From Gammaproteobacteria bacterium (GTDB lineage: Bacteria; Pseudomonadota; Gammaproteobacteria; QZLD01), in the NCBI GenBank assembly GCA_033852155.1, contig JAWSVA010000006.1, positions 16,843-80,842 on the forward strand: DNA of 64,000 nt, given 5' to 3'. Below are positions 33,628 through 45,540 of this stretch, piece by piece. A model generated the notes under the pieces. It did not search any database. It was given only the letters and a program-made list of their open reading frames with translations, and had not been told where the DNA came from. The position numbers were made by a program, and so were the translations under genes. The number at the start of each line of letters is the position of its first letter. The first letter of the stretch is position 1.

Positions 33628-34275
33628 ATGAGTGGAAGCGAGTTTGCCGGTGCAATGGATCCACAGATGTTAAATCTGATTCCAATGGTTGTAGAGCAGA
33701 CCTCTCGAGGTGAGAGATCTTATGATATTTATTCGCGACTTTTAAAAGAGAGAGTGATCTTTTTAGTCGGTCCAATAGATGATCACATAGCAAACGTAGT
33801 CGTAGCGCAGCTATTATTCCTGGAATCAGAAAACCCTGATAAAGATGTATATTTATATATCAATTCACCTGGTGGTTCAGTAACCGCAGGTATGGCGATA
33901 TATGACACCATGCAATTCATTAAGCCTGATGTGAGCACTATGTGCATAGGTCAGGCTGCAAGCATGGGTGCTCTGCTTTTATGCTCAGGTCAAGAAGGTA
34001 AAAGATACTGTTTGCCAAATTCACGTGTAATGATTCATCAGCCTCTTGGTGGATTCCAAGGGCAAGCATCTGATTTTGAGATCCATGCCAAAGAGATCCT
34101 TTCTCTAAAATCTAGGTTAAACGGGATTATGGCTAAGCACACAGGCCAAACTCTGAAAAAAGTCCAGTCAGATACAGACAGGGATAATTTTTTGAGTGCA
34201 GAAGAGGCGGTAAAATACGGCTTGATAGACAAGGTGCTCGAAAGTAGAGATACACTGTTCGAAGAAGAGAGTTAA
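33628..34275 (+). CDS. clpP: ATP-dependent Clp protease proteolytic subunit
   Basis: [28 protein letters not shown]. Confidence 0.99.
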   Translation: MSGSEFAGAMDPQMLNLIPMVVEQTSRGERSYDIYSRLLKERVIFLVGPIDDHIANVVVAQLLFLESENPDKDVYLYINSPGGSVTAGMAIYDTMQFIKPDVSTMCIGQAASMGALLLCSGQEGKRYCLPNSRVMIHQPLGGFQGQASDFEIHAKEILSLKSRLNGIMAKHTGQTLKKVQSDTDRDNFLSAEEAVKYGLIDKVLESRDTLFEEES

Positions 34276-34415
34276 TAACTTTAGCAACATATCTTGTATT
34301 ACTTGATGTGAACGCATAAATGGTTATGAAATGGCTATTCTTCTGAGTGGACTGGACAGAGTTATGCAACTTCCTCATAATGAGAGCAGGAAGATAGAAA
34401 TCACGAGGTTTAGTA

Positions 34416-35696
<1,281 letters not shown>

Positions 35697-35708
35697 CATC
35701 CATTTTAA

Positions 35709-35765
35709 AGTTAGTTACAAACAAAAATAGCGCCTTAATGGCGCTATTTTTGTTTGTAACTAACT
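35709..35765. terminator. Terminator hairpin extended to a perfect 26-bp inverted repeat
   Basis: AGTTAGTTACAAACAAAAATAGCGCC-TTAAT-GGCGCTATTTTTGTTTGTAACTAACT. Confidence 0.85.
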
Positions 35766-35915
35766 GTTTCTTTCCTGTTAGAGTAAAAAAGCGGTTTTTT
35801 TGCGGTTATTACTAGTTTTTTTTGCTAATCTTAACTCAATTAAGGCGTTTTTTATCGTTAATTACGTGTTAAATGTAGAAAAACCCACTTTTTAGGTGTT
35901 TATATGTAACACATA

Positions 35916-35942
35916 CTTGAAAAACTTGAAGAGAATCTCCAT
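35916..35942 (+). promoter_or_regulatory. Putative sigma32 heat-shock promoter of lon
   Basis: CTTGAAA-N14-CTCCAT; lon is a known sigma32 target in gammaproteobacteria. Confidence 0.55.
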
Positions 35943-36009
35943 TGTTTGTTGTAGCCCATATTTTTGTGGGTGTGTAAGTTAAGAAAGATAACGTTTGAGG
36001 AATATTGCT

Positions 36010-38373
36010 ATGGAGCAAGATGAGATCATGGTTAAAGAAGGGGAGATGATAATAAATGTTCCCGTATTGCCGTTGCGAGATGTGGTTGTTTATCCGCATA
36101 TGGTAATCCCCCTTTTTGTTGGTCGTGAAAAATCAATCAATGCACTTGAAGAAGCAATGAAGAAGGATAAAAAAGTACTTCTTATTGCGCAAAAAAGTGC
36201 AGAAGTGGATGATCCTGGCGCTGATGATATATTTAGTGTCGGAACAATTTCAAATATTTTACAATTATTGAAATTACCTGATGGTACGGTAAAGGTTTTA
36301 GTTGAAGGTGGGCAAAGAGCAAAAATAATACAGTTGATTGATGGAGAAGATTGTTTTTCAGCTGAGATTCATCTGATGAATCAAGATGAAGATCCCGCGC
36401 GTGAAACAGAGGTTTTAGTGCGCTCCGTTCTGGCGTTGTTCGATCAGTATGTAAAATTGAATAAAAAGGTACCATCCGAAATATTGTCATCTTTGTCTGG
36501 TATAGATGATCCAAGCCGATTGGCAGATACAATTGCTGCGCACATGTCGCTTAAATTAGAAGATAAGCAAGCAATTCTTGATGTTGAAGATGTTGGTAAG
36601 CGCCTAGAGCAATTGATGGGGCAGATTGAAGGTGAGATTGATGTTTTGCAGATCGAGAAGAGAATTCGTGGTCGTGTTAAACAACAGATGGAAAAAAGTC
36701 AGCGCGAATATTACCTGAATGAGCAAATGAAAGCCATTCAGAAAGAGCTAGGCGAGATGGATGATGTTCCCAATGAGGTTGAGGAGCTGGCAGAAAAGAT
36801 TGAACAGGCCGGAATGCCAAAAGAAGCAAAGAAAAAGGCAACAGCAGAGTTAAATAAGCTCAAGATGATGTCGCCAATGTCAGCAGAAGCTACTGTGCTG
36901 CGTAACTATATTGATTGGTTAGTTAACTCTCCGTGGAAAAAACGCAGCAAGATTAGGCATGATCTGCAGGCAGCTGAAGATGTATTAGAAGAAGATCACT
37001 ATGGTTTAGAAAAAGTAAAAGAGCGAATTTTAGAATATTTGGCGGTACAACAAAGAGTAAGAAAGCTAAAAGGTCCTATTCTTTGTCTTGTTGGTCCTCC
37101 TGGTGTTGGTAAGACATCTCTTGGTCGGTCAATTGCTCGAGCTACAAATAGAAAGTTTGTAAGAATGTCACTAGGTGGTGTGCGAGATGAAGCTGAAATA
37201 AGAGGGCATAGAAGAACTTATATTGGTTCAATGCCGGGTAAAATTATTCAGAATCTATCAAAAGTTGGCACTAAGAATCCCCTGTTCTTATTGGATGAAA
37301 TAGACAAGATGGCTTCTGATTTTAGGGGTGATCCTGCAGCTGCGCTATTGGAAGTATTGGACCCAGAACAAAATAATACTTTTAATGATCACTATATGGA
37401 ACTGGATTTTGATCTGTCTGATGTAATGTTTGTAGCAACAGCAAACAGTATGAATATTCCATCCGCGCTTCTTGATAGGATGGAGGTGATCCGTATCCCA
37501 GGTTATACAGAGGACGAAAAGATTAATATAGCGATGAAATATCTTGTCCCTAAAGCGGTTAAGGCCAATGGTTTAAAGGATGACGAGATCGAATTTGCTT
37601 CAAGTTCTATTCGCGATGCTGTGCGTTTTTACACCAGAGAGGCCGGTGTAAGAAATCTAGATAGAGAGATTTCAAAAATCTGCCGTAAGGTGGTAAAAGA
37701 TATTCAACTGGAAAAACTGGATAAGAAGATAAAAGTAAACTCGCGCAATGTTACTAAATATCTTGGTGTGAAGAAATTCAGGTACGGCATAGCTGAAGAA
37801 AATGATCAGGTTGGTCAAGTTACTGGGCTGGCTTGGACTGAGGTAGGTGGAGAGCTGTTAACTATTGAGGCGGCGGTTGTTCCAGGAAAAGGCAAGCTAA
37901 CCCATACCGGTAAGCTTGGCGAAGTTATGCAAGAATCTATTCAAGCAGCTATGACAGTTGTTCGAAGTAGAGTTAAATCGCTTGGAATAACTGATCCAGA
38001 CTTTCATCAAAACAGGGATATTCATATACATGTACCTGAAGGAGCTACCCCTAAGGATGGTCCGAGTGCTGGTATCGGTATGTGTACGGCACTAATTTCA
38101 GCGCTAACCGATATTCCCGTAAAATCTACTGTTGCTATGACCGGTGAAATTACGTTGCGTGGAGAGGTGCTGCCAATTGGTGGTTTAAAAGAGAAGCTAT
38201 TAGCTGCTCATCGGGGTGGAATTAAAACAGTAATTATCCCTGAGGAGAACCGCAAAGACTTGGTTGAGATTCCTGCAAATATAAAAAGCGCATTGGATAT
38301 TCAGCCGGTGAGATGGTTTGACCAGGTTGTTGAAATAGCTTTTGTAAGAAAACCAGGTGTGACAGTGCAATAA
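36010..38373 (+). CDS. lon: Lon protease
   Basis: [28 protein letters not shown]; ATG 36010 follows GAGG (ORF track starts at 35995). Confidence 0.99.
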   Translation: MEQDEIMVKEGEMIINVPVLPLRDVVVYPHMVIPLFVGREKSINALEEAMKKDKKVLLIAQKSAEVDDPGADDIFSVGTISNILQLLKLPDGTVKVLVEGGQRAKIIQLIDGEDCFSAEIHLMNQDEDPARETEVLVRSVLALFDQYVKLNKKVPSEILSSLSGIDDPSRLADTIAAHMSLKLEDKQAILDVEDVGKRLEQLMGQIEGEIDVLQIEKRIRGRVKQQMEKSQREYYLNEQMKAIQKELGEMDDVPNEVEELAEKIEQAGMPKEAKKKATAELNKLKMMSPMSAEATVLRNYIDWLVNSPWKKRSKIRHDLQAAEDVLEEDHYGLEKVKERILEYLAVQQRVRKLKGPILCLVGPPGVGKTSLGRSIARATNRKFVRMSLGGVRDEAEIRGHRRTYIGSMPGKIIQNLSKVGTKNPLFLLDEIDKMASDFRGDPAAALLEVLDPEQNNTFNDHYMELDFDLSDVMFVATANSMNIPSALLDRMEVIRIPGYTEDEKINIAMKYLVPKAVKANGLKDDEIEFASSSIRDAVRFYTREAGVRNLDREISKICRKVVKDIQLEKLDKKIKVNSRNVTKYLGVKKFRYGIAEENDQVGQVTGLAWTEVGGELLTIEAAVVPGKGKLTHTGKLGEVMQESIQAAMTVVRSRVKSLGITDPDFHQNRDIHIHVPEGATPKDGPSAGIGMCTALISALTDIPVKSTVAMTGEITLRGEVLPIGGLKEKLLAAHRGGIKTVIIPEENRKDLVEIPANIKSALDIQPVRWFDQVVEIAFVRKPGVTVQ

Positions 38374-38377
38374 AAGA

Positions 38378-38425
38378 CCAAAAAAGGCCAAAAAAGGCCA
38401 AAAAAGGCCAAAAAAGGCCAAAAAG
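38378..38425 (+). repeat. 10-bp tandem repeat (CCAAAAAAGG)x4 plus a partial copy
   Basis: Read directly, 4 nt after the lon stop. Confidence 0.95.
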
Positions 38426-38615
38426 TATACTGCAAAAGGTGACGCTGAAAATATAGTTTTCCTATGTTTTTAGCGTAAAAGCCTAACGTCACAAGACTCG
38501 AAGTGTTTGCTAATTGCCAGCCCTATCTTGTTGGTTTTTCAGTATAAGCTTAAGAGCCCAGTTTGCATGGGTAGTTTTTTTATAAAAAGTATGTAAAAAA
38601 ATGCAAAAAAGTTTG

Positions 38616-38645
38616 TTGACAGGTGTGAGGCAAGATTGGTATAAA
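38616..38645 (+). promoter_or_regulatory. Sigma70 promoter of hupB
   Basis: TTGACA-N18-TATAAA with a TGn extension. Confidence 0.6.
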
Positions 38646-38862
38646 TTCGCTCATGGCAACGCATTGAGGCGGTTTTAAGACCTAGTAATTAGGTTACAGT
38701 TTTAAACAGCTCATAGTCATAAAGAGGATCGTAGACATCCTGTTGGATAAAAGCAGGTGTGAAAGAAAAAGAGCCTAGGTTCTATTCACTACATGACTCC
38801 GTTACGTTATCATCGTAGATGATTATATTAGGAAGTATTTAGAACAGTAAGGAGGCGAGTCG

Positions 38863-39135
38863 ATGAATAAGTCAGAATTAGTAGAAGCAGTTGCTCAGGC
38901 AGCTGATATCTCAAAAGCTGCTGCAGCTAGAGCCGTTGATGGCTTTGTACAAGCAGTAAGTGATGAGTTGAAAGAAGGTGGTCAAGTTACACTAGTTGGT
39001 TTCGGTACATTTCTTGTTCGTGAGCGTGCAGCTCGCACAGGCCGTAATCCTCGCACTGGTGAAACTATTGAGATTGCAGCGTCAAAAGTTCCTTCATTTA
39101 AAGCTGGTAAAGCTCTAAAGGATGCTGTAAACTAG
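38863..39135 (+). CDS. hupB: DNA-binding protein HU
   Basis: MNKSELV, GFGTF, GRNPRTG; lon-hupB-ppiD synteny. Confidence 0.97.
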   Translation: MNKSELVEAVAQAADISKAAAARAVDGFVQAVSDELKEGGQVTLVGFGTFLVRERAARTGRNPRTGETIEIAASKVPSFKAGKALKDAVN

Positions 39136-39146
39136 CCGAAATTATT

Positions 39147-39222
39147 GGGTGCTTAGCTCAGCTGGGAGAGCGTCGCCCTTACAAGGCGGATGTCGGGGGT
39201 TCGATCCCCTCAGCACCCACCA
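39147..39222 (+). tRNA. tRNA-Val(TAC)
   Basis: Anticodon loop CTTACAA, CCA. Confidence 0.97.
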
Positions 39223-39229
39223 AGAAAAC

Positions 39230-39306
39230 GGAGCGGTAGTTCAGTTGGTTAGAATACCGGCCTGTCACGCCGGGGGTCGCGGGTTCGAGTCCCGTCCGCT
39301 CCGCCA
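39230..39306 (+). tRNA. tRNA-Asp(GTC)
   Basis: Anticodon loop CTGTCAC, CCA. Confidence 0.97.
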
Positions 39307-39317
39307 CTGAAAAAAAG

Positions 39318-39348
39318 AAAGCGCCGTTTAAAACGGCGCTTTTTTTTT
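39318..39348 (+). terminator. Rho-independent terminator after the tRNAs
   Basis: AAAGCGCCGTTT/AAACGGCGCTTT stem followed by a T tract. Confidence 0.85.
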
Positions 39349-39434
39349 GCATGTTGAATTAAGTTATTTGCTTGTTGAATTTAAGTTAAGAATGCAAACT
39401 AGGAAGAACAATAAATTAAAGGGTGAGAAAACTT

Positions 39435-41363
39435 ATGGTACTTGAGAAAATTAGAGAAAAAGCCGTAGGCTGGGTGATGTGGGTTTTTGTCGGTGTAGTT
39501 TCTGTCCCTTTTGTTCTTTGGGGTATTAATCAATATGCATTTGGCGGAGGCGCAGTTAGCGCTGCTACAGTAAATGGTCAAGAAATTTCATTGCAAGAAT
39601 ATTCAGATGCGCTCCAAGGTGTTAAAAACCAGTGGAGAAATGATCTTGGTGATAAATATGATGAAGCCATGTTTGATAACGTAGAAACCAAGATAGGTGT
39701 TGTTAATAGCCTTGTAGATAAGGCGTTAGAGCAACAGTGGATGTCTGAAAATAATATGCAAATTTCACTTCCAAGAGTTGTCGGAGAGATTAAAAAAGCT
39801 CCTCAATTCTACGAAGATGGTAAGTATTCTGAAGCTATGTTAAATAGAATACTTCAGTCGCAGGGGCTTTCTAGGAATGAATTTGTTACAAGTATTGTTC
39901 CACTTTCTTTGAATAAAAATGACCTTATGAATGGGATCTCAAGATCAGCATTTACTACGCGTAAAGAAGCAGAGCAGTTATATAAGATTAAAAACCAGAA
40001 ACGCTCTTTTAATTACTTTATAGTAAGTAAAAATACATTTAGAAAAGATATTGGAATTACTGATGATGTAGTTGCCGAGTACTATAAAAACAATAATGAA
40101 AAATACCTTACTGATGAACAGGTGAAACTTGAATACATCGAACTTTCAGTTGAGACATTAGGTGATAAAGTTGCGGCAACAGATGAAGAGATCACAAAGA
40201 GATACGAATCTGATATCGAACGTTATCAACAGGATGAGCAGCGTAAGGCCAGTCATATTCTTCTTAATGTTAAGAAAGATGCGTCAAAAGAAGATGAAGC
40301 AGCGGTTAAAAAACAGATTGATGATATAGCCGCTAGAATCAATAAAGGTGAGTCATTTGCTGATTTAGCTAAAGAGTTTTCTGATGATCCAGGTTCAGCT
40401 AAGCATGGTGGTGATTTAGGTTTCTTTGGTCAAAAGGCCATGGTTCCTGAATTTGATGAAGCTGTATTCACTTTGAAAAAAGACGAAGTTAGTAAGCCAG
40501 TTAAAACTTCATTTGGTTATCATTTAATTAAATTGGTTGATATAAAAGATAAGCACACTAAACCTCTTGATGACAGTATTAAAGGTCAGATTAAGCAGAC
40601 CATTACTGCTGAAAAGGCTCGTGCTTATATAACCGAAAACGGTACTGAAATTGGCAACATCGCATATGATGATCCTACCTCGCTGGAGGAGATTGCTAAA
40701 TTTGCAGGTGTTGAGATAAAAGAGACTGATTTTGCATCAAGCCAATCAAGAAAAGATATCTTAAAGCATAAGAAAGTAGCTCAAACTGCATTTTCAGATG
40801 ACCTTCTAAAAGAGGGTAATAATAGTGATCTGATAAATATCGGAAGGAATATGGCATATGTTATTCGTGTTGTTGACCATAAATCCGCTACAGTTAAACC
40901 TCTTGAGCAAGTTAAATCGATTATCAAAAACTTTTTGAAGACAGAAAAAGCTAAGGTAATGGCTAAAGAAAAAGGTTCAGCGCTGGAAACGTTAATTGCA
41001 GAAGGTATGTCAGTAGCTGATGCTGCAGCACAAGTTGAAACAAAAGTGACAGAGGTTGAGCCTCTACCAAGAGATGCTACTAAATACTCAAGAGAAGTTG
41101 TACAAGCTGCTTTTGAGATGGTTAAAGGGCAAGAAAAGGCCGTTACTGTTTCAGGTGTCGAATTACAATATGGTGATTACGCAGTTATTGTATTGAAAGA
41201 AGTTATTAATGCAGAGATTATCGCTGATAGTGATGTTGTGAAGAAAGGTGTTGAGCAAGCTGCTTTCTCTAGAACTGGAGAGCTTAGTCAATACTCATTT
41301 GTAAACTTCATGAAGAGTTTGCGTGATGCAAGCCAAGTTCATATCTTTGAAGATAGGTTGTAA
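39435..41363 (+). CDS. ppiD: Periplasmic chaperone/PPIase D
   Basis: N-terminal TM, SurA-like domain, parvulin domain (ASHIL..SDDPGS..GGDLG..FGYHLI); ATG 39435 (ORF track starts at 39423). Confidence 0.93.
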   Translation: MVLEKIREKAVGWVMWVFVGVVSVPFVLWGINQYAFGGGAVSAATVNGQEISLQEYSDALQGVKNQWRNDLGDKYDEAMFDNVETKIGVVNSLVDKALEQQWMSENNMQISLPRVVGEIKKAPQFYEDGKYSEAMLNRILQSQGLSRNEFVTSIVPLSLNKNDLMNGISRSAFTTRKEAEQLYKIKNQKRSFNYFIVSKNTFRKDIGITDDVVAEYYKNNNEKYLTDEQVKLEYIELSVETLGDKVAATDEEITKRYESDIERYQQDEQRKASHILLNVKKDASKEDEAAVKKQIDDIAARINKGESFADLAKEFSDDPGSAKHGGDLGFFGQKAMVPEFDEAVFTLKKDEVSKPVKTSFGYHLIKLVDIKDKHTKPLDDSIKGQIKQTITAEKARAYITENGTEIGNIAYDDPTSLEEIAKFAGVEIKETDFASSQSRKDILKHKKVAQTAFSDDLLKEGNNSDLINIGRNMAYVIRVVDHKSATVKPLEQVKSIIKNFLKTEKAKVMAKEKGSALETLIAEGMSVADAAAQVETKVTEVEPLPRDATKYSREVVQAAFEMVKGQEKAVTVSGVELQYGDYAVIVLKEVINAEIIADSDVVKKGVEQAAFSRTGELSQYSFVNFMKSLRDASQVHIFEDRL

Positions 41364-41378
41364 ATATTATTGAGTTTT

Positions 41379-41408
41379 AAAAAAGGGGCTTTTAAGCCCC
41401 TTTTTTAA
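41379..41408 (+). terminator. Rho-independent terminator
   Basis: AAAAAAGGGGCTT/AAGCCCCTTTTTTT. Confidence 0.8.
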
Positions 41409-41501
41409 TGCCTATGAGAATATGTGTGCAGTATTTGTTTTTAGATTGACCATGCATTTATTGGTTTGATAAATTTAAGAAAAAGATAAGAAATAGTAGC
41501 T

Positions 41502-42185
41502 ATGGATAGAAAAGTTTGCATAAGAAGAGCGCAAGAATCGGATATACCCTTTATTGTATGGGTTATGCTTGAAGCTGCGCATTCAGGCCATGAAATTGGT
41601 TTGTGGGAAGTTATGATTCCTGATAACGAAAAAGAAAAGCTGCAATTTATTCAGGAATTGGCTCAAGCAAGCAGTAGGAGCTTGTGTCACTATTCAAATT
41701 TTCTTTTGGCTGAAGTTGAAGGTGAGCCAGTAGCTGCTTTGGCTGGTTATGATTCATCAAAAATAACGCGACAACAGTTTGCTGTTGCCTTGCATGATGT
41801 TCAATCGAAGCTGCATTGGAGCTTTAAAAAGGTTGAAGAGGCGCGTTCTCGCACATCTGTTTTCCTGGAATGTTTTCCTGACTTTACCAATAACTCATGG
41901 GTTATTGAGTGGGTAGCTACAAAAAAAGAGTTTCGCCGTATGGGGGTTATGGAGATGCTGCTACACCGTATAATTAGGATTGGTTATGAGACAACTGGCT
42001 GTGAAGTTTTCCAAATATCTTATGCACTAGGAAATCATCCGGCTACTAACGCATATAAAAAGTTCGGATTTGAACTCGTTGATGAAAAACGTATACCTGA
42101 ATTTGCGCATAAATTTGGCTACCCAGGAATAGGTAGAATGCAGATGTCTAGAGAAGATATAAGAAAGGATTTCATTGATGTCTAA
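41502..42185 (+). CDS. GNAT family acetyltransferase
   Basis: IRRAQESD, VAT..EFRRMGV motif A, N..A...YKKFGF. Confidence 0.85.
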   Translation: MDRKVCIRRAQESDIPFIVWVMLEAAHSGHEIGLWEVMIPDNEKEKLQFIQELAQASSRSLCHYSNFLLAEVEGEPVAALAGYDSSKITRQQFAVALHDVQSKLHWSFKKVEEARSRTSVFLECFPDFTNNSWVIEWVATKKEFRRMGVMEMLLHRIIRIGYETTGCEVFQISYALGNHPATNAYKKFGFELVDEKRIPEFAHKFGYPGIGRMQMSREDIRKDFIDV

Positions 42186-42927
42186 AGAGAAGGCTGGATT
42201 CTTTCAGAGAATTGAGCATGTTTTTCCTGCAAATGTAGAGGCCATAGTTACCAATAGAAACGGTGGTTTCAGTAGCTCCCTTTTTGATTCTATGAATTTA
42301 GCAACTCACGTTGGCGATGATCCTCATGCTGTTGCGAAAAATCGTGCCCTATTATTACAGCAAGCCTTACTTCCATCTGAGCCTCTTTGGTTAGAGCAGA
42401 TACATAGTGGTCGAGTTGTCTATAATGATGGAAAAAATGACAATCCTCCTATAGCTGATGCAAGTTGGACTGATAAGAAAGGATTGGTTTGTACTGTTTT
42501 AACTGCAGACTGTATCCCAATTTTGATAGCAAACAAAACTGGAACAAAAGTTGCTGCGGTACATGCTGGTTGGCGTGGATTGGCAACTGGTGTTGTTGAA
42601 AATGCCATTGTTGCAATGGAGGACGATCCCGTTAATTTAATCGTATGGATTGGTCCTAGCATTGGTCGTTGTGCTTTTGAAGTTGGTGATGGTGTCAGAG
42701 ATGAATTTCTATCTGGCGGTTTTGATGTGGAATCTTCTTTTTGTAAAACGGGCAATGGTAAACTATTGGCGGACCTGATTGGCTTAGCTGTCGCTAATTT
42801 AAAAGGTATTGGTGTTGAAATTATATCTATAAATGGCACATGCTGTTACGAAGATTCTAAAAATTATTTTTCATATCGAAGAGATGGGGATACTGGTAGG
42901 TTTGCTAGCTTGATATATATTAAATAA
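42175..42927 (+). CDS. pgeF: Peptidoglycan editing factor / purine nucleoside phosphorylase PgeF (YfiH)
   Basis: NLATHVGDD, WLEQIHS, TADCIP, HAGWRG, FSYRRDG.TGR. Confidence 0.95.
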   Translation: MMSKEKAGFFQRIEHVFPANVEAIVTNRNGGFSSSLFDSMNLATHVGDDPHAVAKNRALLLQQALLPSEPLWLEQIHSGRVVYNDGKNDNPPIADASWTDKKGLVCTVLTADCIPILIANKTGTKVAAVHAGWRGLATGVVENAIVAMEDDPVNLIVWIGPSIGRCAFEVGDGVRDEFLSGGFDVESSFCKTGNGKLLADLIGLAVANLKGIGVEIISINGTCCYEDSKNYFSYRRDGDTGRFASLIYIK

Positions 42928-43068
42928 TTATTAACCCCTCCCGTTTTTATAAATCACCAAACTGCTTAAATTATAACCGCAGGTATTATTCATTATATCA
43001 TTAAGGAAAACTTATGGTTTATGCCCTAAAATAGAAGTATCTAATGCCGCAAATTATAAAAGCTATTC

Positions 43069-45090
43069 TTGGCTGCAAATATAAACTGGAGATCTTGTTT
43101 GGGAAGTTTTGCTGATATAGTTATATTGCTTTTCTCTTCTGTTGTCATCGTTGGTTTGTTTCGACGCATGAATCTTCCACCTATTCTAGCTTACTTATAT
43201 GTTGGTTTATTGATTGGACCATATGGTTTGGGATTGGTTGAAGATGATAAAAGTGTACACATCTTAGCTGAATTTGGTGTTGTATTTCTCCTGTTTACCA
43301 TAGGTTTAGAGTTTTCATTGCCGCAAATTATTTCGATGAAATGGATAGTGTTTGGTCTTGGAGGGGCTCAGGTTTTAATCGCTACTGGACTTACTATGAT
43401 CATTGGCTATTTTGTTGGCTTAGATGTGGTTAGTTCATTTATTGTAGGCGGAGCTGTAGCTATGTCATCTACGGCTCTGGTGGTGAAACAACTTGATGAA
43501 CAAGGGGAACAGGTCGAAAATCATGGAAAGACTTCAGTTGGAGTCCTTGTTTTTCAGGATATGGCGGTTGTCCCCTTCTTAATTTTAATCCCGATATTTG
43601 CAAGTGGTGCTGAAGGCTCAATGGCAGCGCCTTTAATTACGGCCTTACTAAAAGGCGCCCTTGTATTTGTGGTTATGTTATTGGCTGGCAGGTTAATTAT
43701 TCGTCCCCTTTTTCATGAGATAGCTTTGGCCCGCTCTACGGAATTATTTACCCTAACCGTATTGTTGGTGATTATAGTTGCGGCTTGGGCGACACACTTT
43801 GCTGAACTTTCACTTACGATGGGGGCATTTTTAGCAGGGATGGTGTTGGGAGAGACAGAGTATCGGCATCAGATTGAATCAGATATTCGGCCATTCAGAG
43901 ACGTGTTACTAGGATTGTTTTTTATAACTATCGGTATGCTCTTAGATATCGAGAAAATTAAGGATTATTGGTACTTTGTCATTCCAGTATTCATTGCAAT
44001 TATGTTGGTAAAGACTCTGCTCGTTTTCGGAATTATGCGAATTATGGGTGGGGAGAAGAGGAATTGTTTGCGTAGTGGTTTGATATTATCTCAAGGGGGA
44101 GAGTTTGGTTTTGCTTTAATATCTATCGCTCTGGTATCGAACCTAATAAGCGAGGAGGTCAGCCAGATTGTATTAGCAGCTGTTTTTCTTTCAATGGTTT
44201 TTGCTCCATTTCTTATCCGCTTTAATGGAAGAATAGCAACATGGATAATTAACGTACTAACATTCTCTGGTAATAAGCTTGATGCTGTAAGTGAAGTAGA
44301 TATGATCGAGTCGGTTTCAAAAACCCTTGATGGACACGCGATAATTGTTGGTTATGGGCGGCATGGACAGAACGTTTCTCGATTTTTTGATGTTGAAAAC
44401 ATTAGGTATTTAGCGCTTGATCTTGACCCAGAAAGGATTAAACATGCGCGTTCTGCAGGTGAGTCGGTAACTTATGGTGATGCGACAAGAGATGAAATTT
44501 TAGAAGCCGCTGGGCTTGAAAAGGCAAAATTAGTGGTAATTACCATTGAGAATCCATCGTATACGATTAAAGTGATTCGTAATATACGCAAGCACAGAAT
44601 GGATATCCCAATATGCGTGTTGGCATATGATGATACTTATATGGATAAGTATAAGCGGGAAGGAGCAAATGATGTTGTGCCGCAGATATTTGAAGCTAGT
44701 TTAATGTTGGCATCACATAGTTTGCCTCTGTTGGGTGTCCCGATGTCTAGAGTTTTGCGGCATACAAGGGAATTTCGCAAGAATGGTTATAGTCAGTTGC
44801 GAGGTTTTTTTCATGGTCAGCGTTCACAGAATATCGAAGGTAGTGCGAGGAGTCGTGAGCAATTGCGCACCATAGCCTTAGGAGCTACTGCCTATGCTAT
44901 TGGGAAGCAGCTTAGTGATCTGGAACTGGGGGATGTAGGTGTAACTATAACAAGTATCAGGCGCAGAAATATTCGTGTTCCAGATCCAACCGGTGATGTG
45001 CAGTTGATAGGTGGGGATATATTGGTGGTTTATGGTGCACCGGAAGAGTTGGAAAAGGCGGAGGCAATACTTCTTAGTGGCAGCATCTGA
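43069..45090 (+). CDS. CPA2-family cation:proton antiporter (Kef-like) with TrkA-N and TrkA-C domains
   Basis: AEFGVVFLLFTIGLE, LVFQD, PFRDVLLGLFF, QGGEFGF, IVGYGRHG; exact start uncertain. Confidence 0.92.
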   Translation: MAANINWRSCLGSFADIVILLFSSVVIVGLFRRMNLPPILAYLYVGLLIGPYGLGLVEDDKSVHILAEFGVVFLLFTIGLEFSLPQIISMKWIVFGLGGAQVLIATGLTMIIGYFVGLDVVSSFIVGGAVAMSSTALVVKQLDEQGEQVENHGKTSVGVLVFQDMAVVPFLILIPIFASGAEGSMAAPLITALLKGALVFVVMLLAGRLIIRPLFHEIALARSTELFTLTVLLVIIVAAWATHFAELSLTMGAFLAGMVLGETEYRHQIESDIRPFRDVLLGLFFITIGMLLDIEKIKDYWYFVIPVFIAIMLVKTLLVFGIMRIMGGEKRNCLRSGLILSQGGEFGFALISIALVSNLISEEVSQIVLAAVFLSMVFAPFLIRFNGRIATWIINVLTFSGNKLDAVSEVDMIESVSKTLDGHAIIVGYGRHGQNVSRFFDVENIRYLALDLDPERIKHARSAGESVTYGDATRDEILEAAGLEKAKLVVITIENPSYTIKVIRNIRKHRMDIPICVLAYDDTYMDKYKREGANDVVPQIFEASLMLASHSLPLLGVPMSRVLRHTREFRKNGYSQLRGFFHGQRSQNIEGSARSREQLRTIALGATAYAIGKQLSDLELGDVGVTITSIRRRNIRVPDPTGDVQLIGGDILVVYGAPEELEKAEAILLSGSI

Positions 45091-45346
45091 TTCTTGCCTT
45101 TAAAAATAGATTAACCTTGTGGTGCTTGCTATTCCAAAAATATAAGAACATAAATTAGCTTGGTTTATGTGAGCTAGTTCCCAAATGTTGTAATTTAGAG
45201 TTCCTGTGTGGCTATAATCTTTTGATCTGTAGAGCAATTTGCTTCGTTACTTTATTTATTTGTTTTGAGACCTAGTGGTCTGAAAAAATATTTAAACTGA
45301 TTAATATTAATGTATGGTGCAAGGATGCATGTTTATGTGATTTACC

Positions 45347-45495
45347 TTCGAGTTAATTACCTGTTCGAGTTAAATGCCTGTTCGAGTTAAATGCCTGTTC
45401 GAGTTAAATGCCTGTTCGAGTTAAATGCCTGTTCGAGTTAAATGCTTGTTCGAGTTAAATGCTTGTTCGAGTTAAATGCTTGTTCGAGTTAAATG
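45347..45495 (+). repeat. 17-bp tandem repeat TTCGAGTTAAATGCyTG, nine copies
   Basis: TTCGAGTTAA recurs every 17 bp from 45347 to 45483. Confidence 0.97.
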
Positions 45496-45540
45496 TTTTT
45501 AGAATTGAATGATGAAAGTTATAGTTTGGAATAGGCTTTC

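Noticed and set aside
38200-38492. ORFs with repeated FFGLFWPFLA
   Set aside because: They are translations of the 10-bp tandem repeat on the strand opposite lon.
45347-45495. 17-bp repeats as CRISPR or plasmid iterons
   Set aside because: There are no spacers and no replication initiator gene; the nearby rep is the chromosomal helicase.
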